Of a stretch of 63,201 nucleotides of DNA, positions 15,624 to 26,581 are shown in pieces. Every line of letters begins with the position of its first letter. The first letter of the stretch is position 1. The position numbers and the translations under genes are program-made. The notes below the pieces were generated by a model. The model had not been told where the DNA came from. It ran no database searches and saw only the letters and a list, made by a program, of their open reading frames with translations. The stretch is taken from positions 1 to 63,201 of the forward strand of contig CANRHL010000002.1 in the NCBI GenBank assembly GCA_947630405.1, in the 5' to 3' direction. This DNA comes from an uncultured Clostridia bacterium (GTDB lineage Bacteria; Bacillota; Clostridia; Christensenellales; UBA1242).

Positions 15624-17843
15624 ATGGATTACGTAAGTCTACTCAACAACGAACAATATCAAGCGGTAACCTGCACAGAAGGGCCGGTTTTGGTTAGCGC
15701 GGGGGCAGGCAGCGGCAAAACGAGGTTGCTTACTTATAGGATTGCCTATTTAATAACCGAACGCCATGTTCCAGCGCAAAAAATTCTTGCCATAACCTTC
15801 ACAAACAAGGCCGCCGCTGAAATGAAAGAGCGCATTTTAAAAATTGCCACAGATGGCGATTTGGTTACAGTTTGCACCTTTCATAGTTTTTGTGCGCGCA
15901 TGTTAAGGGCTTATGCAAGTTTTATTCCGGGTTATAAAGAAAATTTTTCAATTTTTAGTGAAGTTGACTCAAACAAAATTTTTAAAGACATATTTAAAGA
16001 AATGAATATATCTGACGAGCAAACAAAAGATAATTTTAAGCACAACATCTCAACAATAAAAAACGAGAATATGACGGTTGAAGAGTTTGTTCACATCTAT
16101 AATTTTGATAGGTCAATGACCGAATTTGAAAAATTTTATAGGGCTTATCAAGCCGAACTAATGAAAAACAACGCGATGGATTTTGACGATTTGCTTGTGA
16201 ATTTTTATAATTTAATTGCAAACAATAGCGAAGTTTTAGATAGCATTCAAAATAAATATAGTTATTTTAGTGTTGACGAATTTCAAGATACAAACAAACT
16301 GCAATATGATATAATAAAACTGCTTGCAAGCCGAACGCAAAATTTGCTGATTGTTGGCGATGAGGACCAATCAATTTATGGTTGGCGCGGGGCAAATATT
16401 GATAACATTTTTCAGTTTACAAAAGATTTTAAAGATGCTAAAATATTTAAGTTGGAGCAGAACTATCGCAGCACCAAAAAAATTCTTGACCGAGCCAATT
16501 TGATAATAAAAAATAACAAAAACAGGCTAGATAAAAAATTGTTCACTGAAAATGATGACGGCACAGATGTTTTTTATTATCCGGCAATGAGCGAAACGGA
16601 CGAAGCAGACTTTGTTGTGCGAGATATAATTTCAAAACATAATCAAGGTGTGCCGTATCACGAAATGGCAATTTTGATGCGGCTAAATGCGTTATCCCGT
16701 GCGTTTGAAGAAAAACTTTTAACTTACAATATTCCGCACATTATGTACAACGGCTTTAAATTCTTCGAGCGTGCAGAAATTAAAAATGTGCTTGCCTATC
16801 TAACTGCAATTGTTAACCCAAGTGACGATGTTAGTTTCTTGCGCATCATTAACTTCCCAAAACGTGGCATAGGGGATACAAGCATTGAAAAAATTTCACA
16901 AATTGCCATAACAAGCAAGCGGTCAATTAAAGACGTTATAATGAATTGCGAATATGAAGTTTTGCCAAAACCACTTAAAGATAAATTAATTCCGTTAAGA
17001 GATGTGCTAAAAGATTTGCAAGATAACATTGATAAACTTGGCGTTTACGAATTCTTTACCTATATGATTAACAAAACCAACATTTTAAACTCGTTTGATA
17101 AAGAAAATGAGCAAGAATATGAAAGATTGTTAAACATTAACTCGCTTGTAAATTCGGTTAGAGAATTTGAAGAGAACAATCCAACTGCAACAATTGTGGA
17201 CTATCTAGAAAATGTAACGCTTTCTAGCCAAATGGATATGGACGATGGCAACGGTGTTGTTATAGCCACTGTGCACGGGGCAAAGGGCTTGGAGTTCGAC
17301 GATGTTTATGTTGTTGGCTGCGAAGAAAAAATCTTTCCAATTTCTCGTGACGATAATGACGATTTAGAAGAAGAACGCCGCTTAATGTATGTTGCCATAA
17401 CGCGCGCAAAAAAGAATTTGGTGCTTACATCAAGTTCGTCGCGATACATGTATGGCAAGCGTGAATATAGCGTGAAATCTAGGTTTTTATATGAATTAGA
17501 CCTAGCACGCGAAAGAGAGATAAATTCAAACAATTTTGTGTATAATAAATATCAATACACAAACACATATAAAAATAATTATAATGGAGATAATATGAAC
17601 ACAATAAAATCAAACAATAATCAATCATTTAACTACACTTTTTCTCGTTCAACAGTTGAGAAAAAGAATTTAGATTTATCCAAACTAAAATTAGGGGCAA
17701 AAGTAACGCACCCTAAATTTGGCGATGGCGTTATAACTGAAATTTCAAATAATAGTTCTAACCACACCGTCAAAATTAAGTTTGATAAGTTTGGCGAGAA
17801 AATGTTAAGCCTTGATTACGCACCAATAGAATTTAAGGAGTAA
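15624..17843 (+). CDS. pcrA: ATP-dependent DNA helicase PcrA/UvrD
   Basis: 739 aa. AGAGSGKT Walker A, DEFQDTN, VHGAKGLEFD, YVAITRAK. Confidence 0.93.
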   Translation: MDYVSLLNNEQYQAVTCTEGPVLVSAGAGSGKTRLLTYRIAYLITERHVPAQKILAITFTNKAAAEMKERILKIATDGDLVTVCTFHSFCARMLRAYASFIPGYKENFSIFSEVDSNKIFKDIFKEMNISDEQTKDNFKHNISTIKNENMTVEEFVHIYNFDRSMTEFEKFYRAYQAELMKNNAMDFDDLLVNFYNLIANNSEVLDSIQNKYSYFSVDEFQDTNKLQYDIIKLLASRTQNLLIVGDEDQSIYGWRGANIDNIFQFTKDFKDAKIFKLEQNYRSTKKILDRANLIIKNNKNRLDKKLFTENDDGTDVFYYPAMSETDEADFVVRDIISKHNQGVPYHEMAILMRLNALSRAFEEKLLTYNIPHIMYNGFKFFERAEIKNVLAYLTAIVNPSDDVSFLRIINFPKRGIGDTSIEKISQIAITSKRSIKDVIMNCEYEVLPKPLKDKLIPLRDVLKDLQDNIDKLGVYEFFTYMINKTNILNSFDKENEQEYERLLNINSLVNSVREFEENNPTATIVDYLENVTLSSQMDMDDGNGVVIATVHGAKGLEFDDVYVVGCEEKIFPISRDDNDDLEEERRLMYVAITRAKKNLVLTSSSSRYMYGKREYSVKSRFLYELDLAREREINSNNFVYNKYQYTNTYKNNYNGDNMNTIKSNNNQSFNYTFSRSTVEKKNLDLSKLKLGAKVTHPKFGDGVITEISNNSSNHTVKIKFDKFGEKMLSLDYAPIEFKE

Positions 17844-17844
17844 T

Positions 17845-19803
17845 ATGGATAAAAAAGAGCGCCTAATATGGCTGACGGATGAGGTGAATAAACACAATAA
17901 AAACTATTATGTTTACGATAATCCCACCATATCAGATGCAGAATACGATGCGCTATATTACGAACTTGTTGACCTAGAAAAAGAACTAGGTTATTCTTTG
18001 CCATCCAGCCCAACAAATCGGGTGGGGGACGATGTGCTAGAAGGCTTTAAAAAGAAAAAGCACGAAATCCCGCTTTATAGCCTTAATAAAGTTAAAGATT
18101 TTGCCGACCTTAATAAGTGGATGCACGATATGGAAAAGGAAAGCGGCAAAAAGGAAGAATTTTCGCTTGAATATAAATACGATGGATTAAAAGTGGTTAT
18201 TGAATATAACAATGGACAGTATCTTTCAGCAACCACGCGTGGCAACGGCACGATTGGCGAAGATGTTACCACACAAGTTAAAACAATAAAAAGTGTGCCG
18301 CTAACAATTCCGTTTAAAAATAGGCTAATTGTTCAAGGCGAGTGCATGATGACAAATAAGTCTTTCATTGAATATAACAAAACCGCCGAAATACCGCTAA
18401 AAAATCCACGCAATGGCGTTGCTGGAGCGGTTAGAAACTTAGACCCTAAAGAAACAGAAAAACGAAGGCTGGATTTCTTTTGCTACGATGTTTTGCTAAT
18501 TGAAAACAAACAAATCAGCACACAAACGGAAATGCACAAGTTTATTATAAACGAAGGTTTTAAAACCGGCGATTTCTTTAAAATTGTTAATTCAATTGAC
18601 GAAGCAAAGGAAGAAATTGAAAAGATTGATAAACTAAAAAACAAACTCGATGTTATGATAGACGGCATGGTTATTAAGGTAAACAACTGCTCGGTTCGTG
18701 ATGAAATTGGCTACACAAACAAATTTCCAAAATGGGCAATGGCATATAAGTTTAAGCCGGTGGAGTTAAGCACAACACTATTAGATGTTGCTTGGCAAGT
18801 GGGCAGAACGGGCAAGATTACTCCAATAGCAATTTTAGAGCCAATTGAGTTGAGTGGCGCAACGGTTAGTAGGGCAACACTTAATAATACACAAGATATT
18901 GAACGCAAGCAGGTTAAAATAAATAGCCGTGTTTTTGTCCGCCGCTCTAATGAAGTAATTCCAGAAGTTATGGGAATTGCTGAGCATGGCGAGCATGAAA
19001 AGGATATAATTGCGCCTTCACTCTGCCCAAGTTGCGGAAGTGAACTTAAAACAATTGGTGCAAATTTATTTTGTGTTAATCACAAAGGTTGTTATGAGCA
19101 AATTATTGATAGGCTCACGCATTTTGTTTCACGCGATGCGTTTAATATTGAAGGATTAAGCGAAAAAACCCTTATGCAACTTCACAAAGAATTTCAAATC
19201 GCTTATCCTTATGAATTGTTCAAGTTGAATGCCGAAATGCTAAAAAAACTTGAAGGGTTTAAAGATAAAAAAATAACCAACATATTATCTAGCATAGAAA
19301 AGAGCAAACAAATTGAGTGGTCAAATTTCATTTTTGCACTTGGAATATTGAATATCGGCAAAAAAACCGCTTTTGTGTTAAGCAAAATATTTAATTCGCT
19401 TGACGAACTTAAAAACGCCGATATGCAAACGCTAACCAACATCGAAGATGTAGGCGAAATTGTGGCGTCTAGCATAATTGAGTATTTTAAAGATGTCGAT
19501 AATTTAATTAACATACAAAAATTGTTTGATTTAGGCGTGGTTATAATTAAGCCAGAAGTTAAAGAAACAAATGCTAATTTTACAAATAAAACCATTGTTT
19601 TAACAGGCGCACTAACAAATTACACCCGCCCAGAACTAACCAAAATCCTTCAAAATATGGGTGCAAATGTAACAAGCAGTGTTAGTAAAAATACTGATAT
19701 GGTTATTGTTGGCGCGGATGCTGGCAGCAAACTTGATAAGGCAAAAGCCCTAAATATTAAAGTCATTTATGAAAACGAACTCATTGAAATGTTAAAAAAA
19801 TAA
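17845..19803 (+). CDS. ligA: NAD-dependent DNA ligase
   Basis: 652 aa. KYDG adenylation lysine motif, CPSCGS..C..C zinc finger, HhH repeats and a C-terminal BRCT domain. Confidence 0.95.
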   Translation: MDKKERLIWLTDEVNKHNKNYYVYDNPTISDAEYDALYYELVDLEKELGYSLPSSPTNRVGDDVLEGFKKKKHEIPLYSLNKVKDFADLNKWMHDMEKESGKKEEFSLEYKYDGLKVVIEYNNGQYLSATTRGNGTIGEDVTTQVKTIKSVPLTIPFKNRLIVQGECMMTNKSFIEYNKTAEIPLKNPRNGVAGAVRNLDPKETEKRRLDFFCYDVLLIENKQISTQTEMHKFIINEGFKTGDFFKIVNSIDEAKEEIEKIDKLKNKLDVMIDGMVIKVNNCSVRDEIGYTNKFPKWAMAYKFKPVELSTTLLDVAWQVGRTGKITPIAILEPIELSGATVSRATLNNTQDIERKQVKINSRVFVRRSNEVIPEVMGIAEHGEHEKDIIAPSLCPSCGSELKTIGANLFCVNHKGCYEQIIDRLTHFVSRDAFNIEGLSEKTLMQLHKEFQIAYPYELFKLNAEMLKKLEGFKDKKITNILSSIEKSKQIEWSNFIFALGILNIGKKTAFVLSKIFNSLDELKNADMQTLTNIEDVGEIVASSIIEYFKDVDNLINIQKLFDLGVVIIKPEVKETNANFTNKTIVLTGALTNYTRPELTKILQNMGANVTSSVSKNTDMVIVGADAGSKLDKAKALNIKVIYENELIEMLKK

Positions 19804-19822
19804 AGAAATTTTCATAATTCTA

Positions 19823-19853
19823 TTGACAAATTTCTAATTTATGGTAATATAAT
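19823..19853 (+). promoter_or_regulatory. sigma-A type promoter, leaderless geometry
   Basis: TTGACA 19823-19828. -10 is TATAAT 19848-19853 (19-nt spacer) or TAATAT 19845-19850 (16-nt spacer). TATAAT is followed by 6 nt and ATG 19860. No SD. Confidence 0.5.
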
Positions 19854-19859
19854 TGCGCT

Positions 19860-20213
19860 ATGAAAGAGAAAGAATGCACATATGTAGATAAATATTTTTC
19901 AGTTGAAAGCAATAAAAAAGAGTTTTTAAAAACGCTTGGTCGTCTTTTTAACAACGGGGAAGGCCATGCAGATGTAATCTTTTCAAGCAGAACGGCCGTG
20001 GACATTTTGTTAACAAACGATAAAAAAGAACATTTGCTTGTTTTTGAACTTACCGATTACGAATGCGAGCTTAAATGGATAAATTCAAGAACCTACGTTG
20101 AAGTTGATTTAGATACAATTAAAAAATTGTGGATTATAGAATTGAAAAACATGTATACAGATTATAAGGACGACTACATACAATATCACAGTAATTTAAT
20201 ATCAAATTTATAA
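19860..20213 (+). CDS. hypothetical protein (orphan)
   Basis: 117 aa with its own promoter and terminator. No recognisable motif. Confidence 0.5.
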   Translation: MKEKECTYVDKYFSVESNKKEFLKTLGRLFNNGEGHADVIFSSRTAVDILLTNDKKEHLLVFELTDYECELKWINSRTYVEVDLDTIKKLWIIELKNMYTDYKDDYIQYHSNLISNL

Positions 20214-20236
20214 ATCTGCTTTGGGCAGATTTTTTA
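20212..20236 (+). terminator. rho-independent terminator
   Basis: AAATCTGC / GCAGATTT stem followed by a T-run. Confidence 0.7.
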
Positions 20237-20321
20237 TTGAATTTGTGCCATTTTTAAACGAGATTACGCAATATATATAAACTAAATATTAATATAAAAT
20301 TTTAAATTTAGGTAAAATCTT

Positions 20322-20350
20322 TTGTCTTTTTAGGTTAAATTTGCTATAAT
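20322..20350 (+). promoter_or_regulatory. sigma-A type promoter of smc
   Basis: TTGTCT 20322-20327, 17 nt, TGcTATAAT with -10 at 20345-20350. Confidence 0.55.
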
Positions 20351-20380
20351 AAACGTTAGTTAAATTTACTAGGGGACAAA

Positions 20381-23300
20381 ATGATTACTTTTAAAGAAAT
20401 TGAAATGGCAGGTTTTAAATCGTTTGCCGACACAACTCGCATCAACTTTGACGGTGGCATAACTGCCATTGTTGGGCCAAACGGCTGTGGAAAATCCAAT
20501 GTCAGCGATGCAATTCGCTGGGTGCTTGGCGAACAATCTAGTAAGGCTCTGCGTGGCGATAGTATGCAGGACTTTATTTTTGCCGGCACTGAAAAGCGCA
20601 AAAAGTTAAGTTATTGCGAAGTTTCCCTTGTTTTTGACAACACCAACAAATGGTTTAACATTGAATATGACGAAGTGGTTTTAACGCGTAAACTCTATCG
20701 TAGTGGGGAAAGTGAGTATTACATAAATCGTAAACTCTGTAGGTTAAAAGATATTCGCAACATTTTGTACGATAGTGGCATCGGCAAGGACGGCTATTCC
20801 ATTATTGGTCAAGGCAGAGTTGAAGAAATTATTCAATCCAAGCCAGAAGATAGGCGCGCCATTTTTGAAGAGGCTGCCGGCATTGCAAAATACAAAGCAA
20901 GCAAAAAGGATACCGAGCGCAGGCTTGAAAATGTTAGGGCAAATTTAAGCCGTGCTAACGATATTTTAACAGAAGTTGAGCGTAGGCTTGGCCCGTTAAA
21001 AAAGCAAAGTGAAGATGCAAAAAAATATTTAGAATTAAGGGACACTTTAAAGCAACTAGAAATAGATGCCTATATTTATCAATACGACCATGCATCTCAA
21101 ACAAAAGAAGAAATTAACACAAAATTATCTGGGTTTAGGGATAACCTTAATGTTTTAACCAATTCAATGGAAACGGAACAAGCAAAATATGATAAATCCT
21201 TAAACGAAATAAACCAACTTGATAAGCGCGCAAATGAACTGCACGAGCAAGTTTTAACTTACACTGTTGCGCTTGAAAAAAAGCAAGGGGATACGCGCTT
21301 ACTTAACGAGCAAACAAAATATTTAAAAGAGCAACTTGATAGATTAACAAGCGAGTTGGATAATTACAACCTAGATTTAAATCAACGCACTGCGCTAGTT
21401 AATTCGGCATTAAATTTGCGTGAAGAAGAGAAAGAAAAATTAAATAGTTTGCGTAAGCAAAATGAAAGTTTAAGCGAAAAATATTTTGAACTTATTGATA
21501 AAATTACAAAATCGGAAGGCGAAAAGGAAGAAAATCAGCGCGCCATTATTGATAACCTTGAAAAGTTGACCGACATTAAAGCAAACCTATCCGCTTACAT
21601 TGCAAAACGCGATGCAATTAACGAAAACATTAGGCAAGATAATGAAAAATTAAAGGCAACAAACCTCGTTAAAAACAAATTGCAAACCGAGTTTGATGGC
21701 CTAAATAAAGAGATAACTAGGTTAAATGAAACAAAGCAAGCAAAAGAGAGCAACATAAATAAAATTAAAACAAAATTGGAAGGCATTGAAGAAGAGAATA
21801 ATGTTGTTTTAGAAAACATTGCAAACTTAAAATCTTCAATAGATAACGATACAAACCGCAAGAACATTTTAACCAATTTGCAAGCTGATTTTGAAGGTTA
21901 TCAATATGCCGTTAAGAGATTGTTGCAAGAAAGCAAAAACAATCAAACTTTAAACAAGGCAATTAAAGGTGTTGTTGGCAACATCATTTCGGTTGACGAA
22001 AAGTTTTCTGTTGCCATTGAAATTGCACTTGGCGGCAGCATTCAAAACATTGTAACAAAGGATGAAAACGATGCTAAAACCTTAATTAACTATTTAAAAG
22101 ATTCTCGTCTTGGTAGGGCAACCTTTTTGCCAATCACAACTGTTAAGCCGCGCAGTTTGTCCGCACAAGATAAGTCAACTTTAAAATCGGCAGGTTGTTT
22201 TGGTGTTGCTAGCGAACTTGTTAAGGCAGATGCCGTTTACAAGCCGGTTATTGAAAGTTTACTTGGCTCAACAGTTATTGTCGATAATCTAGATAACGCC
22301 ACCGCGCTTGCAAAACGCACCGGTTTTTCCTACCGCATTGTAACGCTTGAGGGCGATGTTTTGTCCCCACAAGGCAGTATGTCAGGCGGCAGCAAAAAAA
22401 CAAACGATAGTTCACTTTTAACCAAAGAAAATGAAATTAAAAATTTGGCAAAACAAATTGAAGATAAAAACGGCGAATTAAAAACGCTTTATAGTCAACA
22501 ATCTTCATATGTTGACGCAATAAATAAACTTAAAGCTCTTTTAGAAAAAGAAAATGGCGAGTTGTCGGCAACAAATAACGACCTGTTTAGCAAAACCGCG
22601 CGCCTAGATAGTTTAAAAGAAAATTTATCTAAAATTGAAGAGGATATTTTCTCATTAAATAGCCAAATCACCGTTGCAACAAACATTGTTAAAGATTTAA
22701 ATGAGAAAATCAACTCTATTGATAACGTAGAACTCAACTACAACGCAAGTCAGCAAAAGGCTAGTGAATATAACAAAACCAATAGCACCATGTTTGACGA
22801 GTTAAAGCAAAAACGTGACGAATATCAAGAGAATATGACGGCATCAAAAGTTCAAATTGCCGCCACTGAAGAAAAGATTAATTCGCTAAATAAAGATATT
22901 GAAACTCAAAATGCCGAAATTGAAAACATTAAGAAAAACATTGAAATTATTAGCAAAAACCTTTCTAGCCAGCAAGCAGTTTATAACGAAGCCATGAACC
23001 TAAATAAGGTTAAGAGTGAAGATAAAGAAGTTCAAGAAATTAAAGATAAACTTGACGATTTAAACACCAAAATTTCGCAGTTTGACGACTTTAAAAAGAC
23101 CTTAATGCAAGAATTAAAGGACCTTGATGATAAGAAAACTCAATTAAATAATGAAATTGCCCGAGTTAACAACAAAATTTATCAGCAAGAAACTAGCCTT
23201 CAAAAAGTTGATATCGACATTGAAAACATGCAAGAACGCATATTTGAGGATTATGAATTGACTTATAACGATTGCTTGCAATATAAAACTCAAACCGAAA

Positions 23301-24007
23301 ACTTCGATATTAAAGAAACATTAATTCAAATTAATAAAATCAAAAATCAAATTAATGCGCTTGGCCCGGTTAATATTAATGCGCTAGAAGAATATAAAAC
23401 CGAAGGCGGCAGATATGAGGAGTTAAACGGCCAGATAACTGACCTAAAGCAAGCAGAAGAAGACGCAGTTAAAATTATTGCCGACCTATCTAAAGAAATG
23501 TTAGATAAATTTAATGCCGAATTTGCAAAAATTCAAGCCAACTTTACAAAAGTGTTTAAGGAATTGTTTGGAGGTGGCAATGCAAGGCTAGAACTCTTGC
23601 CAAGTGAGGACCCACTTACTGCCGGCGTTGAAATTATTGCTCAACCACCAGGCAAAGTTTTGCAACAAATAACCTTGTTAAGCGGTGGCGAAAAGACCAT
23701 GACGGCAATTGCAATTTTGTTTGCGATATTAAAACTTAAGCCAATGCCTTTCTGTTTCTTGGACGAAATTGAAGCGGCACTTGACGATGCCAACATTGAG
23801 CGTTACGCAAGGTATTTAAAACGCTTTAGTGATGAAACTCAATTTATTGTAATCACCCACAGAAAGCCAACAATGGAGTTGGCAGATAGCCTTTACGGTG
23901 TTACAATGGAAGAGAAAGGCGTTAGTAAAATAGTGTCGGTTAAACTTGCCGATGCGGTTAAAGTTGCCGAAACCGAAGAACAACAAAAAGACCAAGTTAC
24001 TGCGTAG
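20381..24007 (+). CDS. smc: chromosome condensation/segregation ATPase SMC
   Basis: 1208 aa. GFKSF..GPNGCGKSN head, long coiled coils, central hinge, LSGGEK signature and FCFLDEIEAALD Walker B. Confidence 0.96.
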   Translation: MITFKEIEMAGFKSFADTTRINFDGGITAIVGPNGCGKSNVSDAIRWVLGEQSSKALRGDSMQDFIFAGTEKRKKLSYCEVSLVFDNTNKWFNIEYDEVVLTRKLYRSGESEYYINRKLCRLKDIRNILYDSGIGKDGYSIIGQGRVEEIIQSKPEDRRAIFEEAAGIAKYKASKKDTERRLENVRANLSRANDILTEVERRLGPLKKQSEDAKKYLELRDTLKQLEIDAYIYQYDHASQTKEEINTKLSGFRDNLNVLTNSMETEQAKYDKSLNEINQLDKRANELHEQVLTYTVALEKKQGDTRLLNEQTKYLKEQLDRLTSELDNYNLDLNQRTALVNSALNLREEEKEKLNSLRKQNESLSEKYFELIDKITKSEGEKEENQRAIIDNLEKLTDIKANLSAYIAKRDAINENIRQDNEKLKATNLVKNKLQTEFDGLNKEITRLNETKQAKESNINKIKTKLEGIEEENNVVLENIANLKSSIDNDTNRKNILTNLQADFEGYQYAVKRLLQESKNNQTLNKAIKGVVGNIISVDEKFSVAIEIALGGSIQNIVTKDENDAKTLINYLKDSRLGRATFLPITTVKPRSLSAQDKSTLKSAGCFGVASELVKADAVYKPVIESLLGSTVIVDNLDNATALAKRTGFSYRIVTLEGDVLSPQGSMSGGSKKTNDSSLLTKENEIKNLAKQIEDKNGELKTLYSQQSSYVDAINKLKALLEKENGELSATNNDLFSKTARLDSLKENLSKIEEDIFSLNSQITVATNIVKDLNEKINSIDNVELNYNASQQKASEYNKTNSTMFDELKQKRDEYQENMTASKVQIAATEEKINSLNKDIETQNAEIENIKKNIEIISKNLSSQQAVYNEAMNLNKVKSEDKEVQEIKDKLDDLNTKISQFDDFKKTLMQELKDLDDKKTQLNNEIARVNNKIYQQETSLQKVDIDIENMQERIFEDYELTYNDCLQYKTQTENFDIKETLIQINKIKNQINALGPVNINALEEYKTEGGRYEELNGQITDLKQAEEDAVKIIADLSKEMLDKFNAEFAKIQANFTKVFKELFGGGNARLELLPSEDPLTAGVEIIAQPPGKVLQQITLLSGGEKTMTAIAILFAILKLKPMPFCFLDEIEAALDDANIERYARYLKRFSDETQFIVITHRKPTMELADSLYGVTMEEKGVSKIVSVKLADAVKVAETEEQQKDQVTA

Positions 24008-24041
24008 TTAATTAACCACATACACAATATTTAGGAGATTT

Positions 24042-24905
24042 ATGGGTATTTTTAAAAGGTTTTTTGAAAAATTAAAATACGCTTTTAAGCGCACCGAACT
24101 AAACGACGATTTCTATGACGAACTTGAAGCGCTGCTTGTTTCAAGCGATATGGGTGTTGAAACGGCAATGGACATAATGGACGAGTTAAGGGATTGTTGC
24201 AAACAAAAACTTATTAAAGATGTTGACCATGCACAAGTTGAATTAAGGCGAATTTTAATTGAAAAACTAAATGTTAGCGAAGTTAAATTTGATTACCCGT
24301 TGATTATCACTGTTGTTGGGGTTAATGGTGTTGGCAAAACCACAAGTATTGCTAAAATGACAAAATACTTTTTAAAAAACAAAAAATCAGTTTTGCTTGC
24401 AGCCGGAGATACTTTCCGTGCGGCAGCCACCGAACAACTTAACGATTGGGCAGAAAGGTTAAAAGTTAAAATAATTAAGCAGGGCGAAGGGGCGGATAGT
24501 GCATCAGTTGTTTTTGATGCCATAACCAGCATGAAGGCTAAAAACACCGATGTTCTAATTGTTGACACGGCGGGTAGGCTTCACACAAAAACAAACCTTA
24601 TGAAAGAACTTGAAAAAATCAACAATATTGCAAAACGCGAGTATCCTGAGGCCAATTTCTTAAATTTAATTGTGCTTGATGCGTCAATCGGGCAGAATTC
24701 AATTGCTCAGGTTAAAGCGTTTAAAGATAGCGTTGAAATTGACGGCATAATTTTAACAAAACTAGATGGCACAAGCAAAGGCGGAGTGGTGTATCCAATT
24801 ATAAACGACCTTAATGTGCCAATAATATTCACCGGTTTTGGCGAAGGAGTTGACGATTTATCAATTTTTGATGCCGATAGTTTTGTTGATAAAATTTTGA
24901 TGTAA
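24042..24905 (+). CDS. ftsY: signal recognition particle receptor FtsY (short form, NG domain only)
   Basis: 287 aa. GVNGVGKTT, DTAGR and TKLDGT motifs. Confidence 0.93.
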   Translation: MGIFKRFFEKLKYAFKRTELNDDFYDELEALLVSSDMGVETAMDIMDELRDCCKQKLIKDVDHAQVELRRILIEKLNVSEVKFDYPLIITVVGVNGVGKTTSIAKMTKYFLKNKKSVLLAAGDTFRAAATEQLNDWAERLKVKIIKQGEGADSASVVFDAITSMKAKNTDVLIVDTAGRLHTKTNLMKELEKINNIAKREYPEANFLNLIVLDASIGQNSIAQVKAFKDSVEIDGIILTKLDGTSKGGVVYPIINDLNVPIIFTGFGEGVDDLSIFDADSFVDKILM

Positions 24906-24907
24906 AT

Positions 24908-25225
24908 ATGAACATAGAAGATAGAATTAAAATTGCAGTTTTAACTAAATATTATGGCAATATGTTAACGGAAAAGCAAAAAAAGGTGCTTTACATGTAT
25001 GTTGACAATAATCTTTCGCTTGCCGAAGTGAGTGGAGAACTTAAAATTACGCGCCAAGCAGTTAAAGACGCGCTTGATAGTGCAGTGTCAACGCTAGAAA
25101 AGGCGGAAAATGACTTGCATTTTATAGAAAGAGATGATAAAATAAAGAAACTACTAGAAGAAAAACCGCTATCGCAAATTGATATGCAAACAAGGCTAGA
25201 AATTTTATCTATTTTGGAGGACTAA
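24908..25225 (+). CDS. ylxM: YlxM/UPF0122 helix-turn-helix protein
   Basis: 105 aa. Canonical position between ftsY and ffh. LTEKQ..LSLAEV..ITRQAV sigma-region-4-like HTH. Confidence 0.8.
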   Translation: MNIEDRIKIAVLTKYYGNMLTEKQKKVLYMYVDNNLSLAEVSGELKITRQAVKDALDSAVSTLEKAENDLHFIERDDKIKKLLEEKPLSQIDMQTRLEILSILED

Positions 25226-26571
25226 TGGCATTTTTTTCTAATTTAAGCGAAAGATTAAATCACATTTTTAGCAAAATGACCAAGCACGGCAAACTAACTT
25301 CTCTTGAAATTAAGGAAGCCATGCGTGAAATTCGTGTTGCTCTTTTAGAGGCCGATGTTAACTATGTTGTTGCTAAAGATTTTATAAATAAAGTTAGTGA
25401 ACTTGCAGTGGGCGAAGAGATTTTAAAAAGCCTAACCCCAACTCAGCAAGTTATTAAAATTGTTCGTGACGAACTAACAAAATTAATGGGTGGCGAAAAT
25501 CAAAAACTTGAAGTAAGCCCAAAGCCACCAACAATAATAATGATGTGCGGGCTTCAGGGTAGTGGTAAAACCACTCTTTGCGGCAAACTTGCGCTAAAAC
25601 TTAAAAAAGAAGGTAAAAAACCATTGCTTGTTGCTTGCGATATCTATCGCCCGGCAGCAATTGACCAACTTAAAGTGCTTGGCAAGTCAATTCAAATTGA
25701 TGTTTTTGAACGCGGCACAAACAACCCCGTTAAAACAGTTAAAGAAGCGGTTGACTATGCCAACAAATTTCAACTAGACACTGTGATAATTGATACTGCC
25801 GGCAGGCTTCAAATTGACGAAAAATTAATGGACGAATTAAAGGACATTAAAAAAGCCATTAACCCCACCGAAATTTTGCTGGTTATCGATGCAATGATTG
25901 GGCAAGAAGCGGTGGCAGTTTCCAAAGCCTTTAACGATGCGCTTGATGTTAGCGGTGTTGTGCTAACAAAAACAGATGGCGACACGCGTGGCGGTGCAGC
26001 ACTTTCAATCCGCTCAGTTATTGGCAAGCCAATTAAATTTGTTGGCACGGGCGAAAAATTGACCGACCTTGAGCCTTTCTACCCAGACCGTATGGCATCG
26101 CGCATTTTAGGCATGGGAGATGTGCTTTCGTTAATTGATAAGGCACAAGAAGCGGTTGACGAAAAAACCGCCAAAGAAATGGAGCGCAAGTTCCGCGAAA
26201 ATAGTTTTGACCTTAATGATTATATTGAGCAAGTCAATTCGCTTAAAAAGATGGGCGGGTTAAAATCGGTTTTATCGATGATGCCGGGGGTTAGCGGCAA
26301 AATGAAGCAAATTGAAAACATGATAGACGATAAAATGCTTGAAAAAAATAAGGCCATTATTCAATCAATGACGGCAAAGGAACGCCAGAATCCAGATATA
26401 ATTAATGGCAGCCGCCGTCAGCGCATTGCAAAAGGTGCGGGCGTGCAAGTGAGCGATGTTAATAACCTTCTTAAGCAGTTTAGCCAAAGCAAAGAAATGA
26501 TGCGCATGATGAAAAACCCAAAAGCCTACGGCGGCAAAATGGCAATGATAAAAAAATTAATGGGGCAGTAA
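25225..26571 (+). CDS. ffh: signal recognition particle protein Ffh
   Basis: 448 aa. GLQGSGKTT, DTAGR, TKTDGD and a Met-rich M domain. Confidence 0.97.
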   Translation: MAFFSNLSERLNHIFSKMTKHGKLTSLEIKEAMREIRVALLEADVNYVVAKDFINKVSELAVGEEILKSLTPTQQVIKIVRDELTKLMGGENQKLEVSPKPPTIIMMCGLQGSGKTTLCGKLALKLKKEGKKPLLVACDIYRPAAIDQLKVLGKSIQIDVFERGTNNPVKTVKEAVDYANKFQLDTVIIDTAGRLQIDEKLMDELKDIKKAINPTEILLVIDAMIGQEAVAVSKAFNDALDVSGVVLTKTDGDTRGGAALSIRSVIGKPIKFVGTGEKLTDLEPFYPDRMASRILGMGDVLSLIDKAQEAVDEKTAKEMERKFRENSFDLNDYIEQVNSLKKMGGLKSVLSMMPGVSGKMKQIENMIDDKMLEKNKAIIQSMTAKERQNPDIINGSRRQRIAKGAGVQVSDVNNLLKQFSQSKEMMRMMKNPKAYGGKMAMIKKLMGQ

Positions 26572-26581
26572 CCCCATTTTT
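26560..26581. terminator. bidirectional terminator shared by convergent ffh and orphan ORF
   Basis: ATGGGG/CCCCAT stem with a T-run on both strands. The stop codons of both genes lie in or next to the hairpin. Confidence 0.6.
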
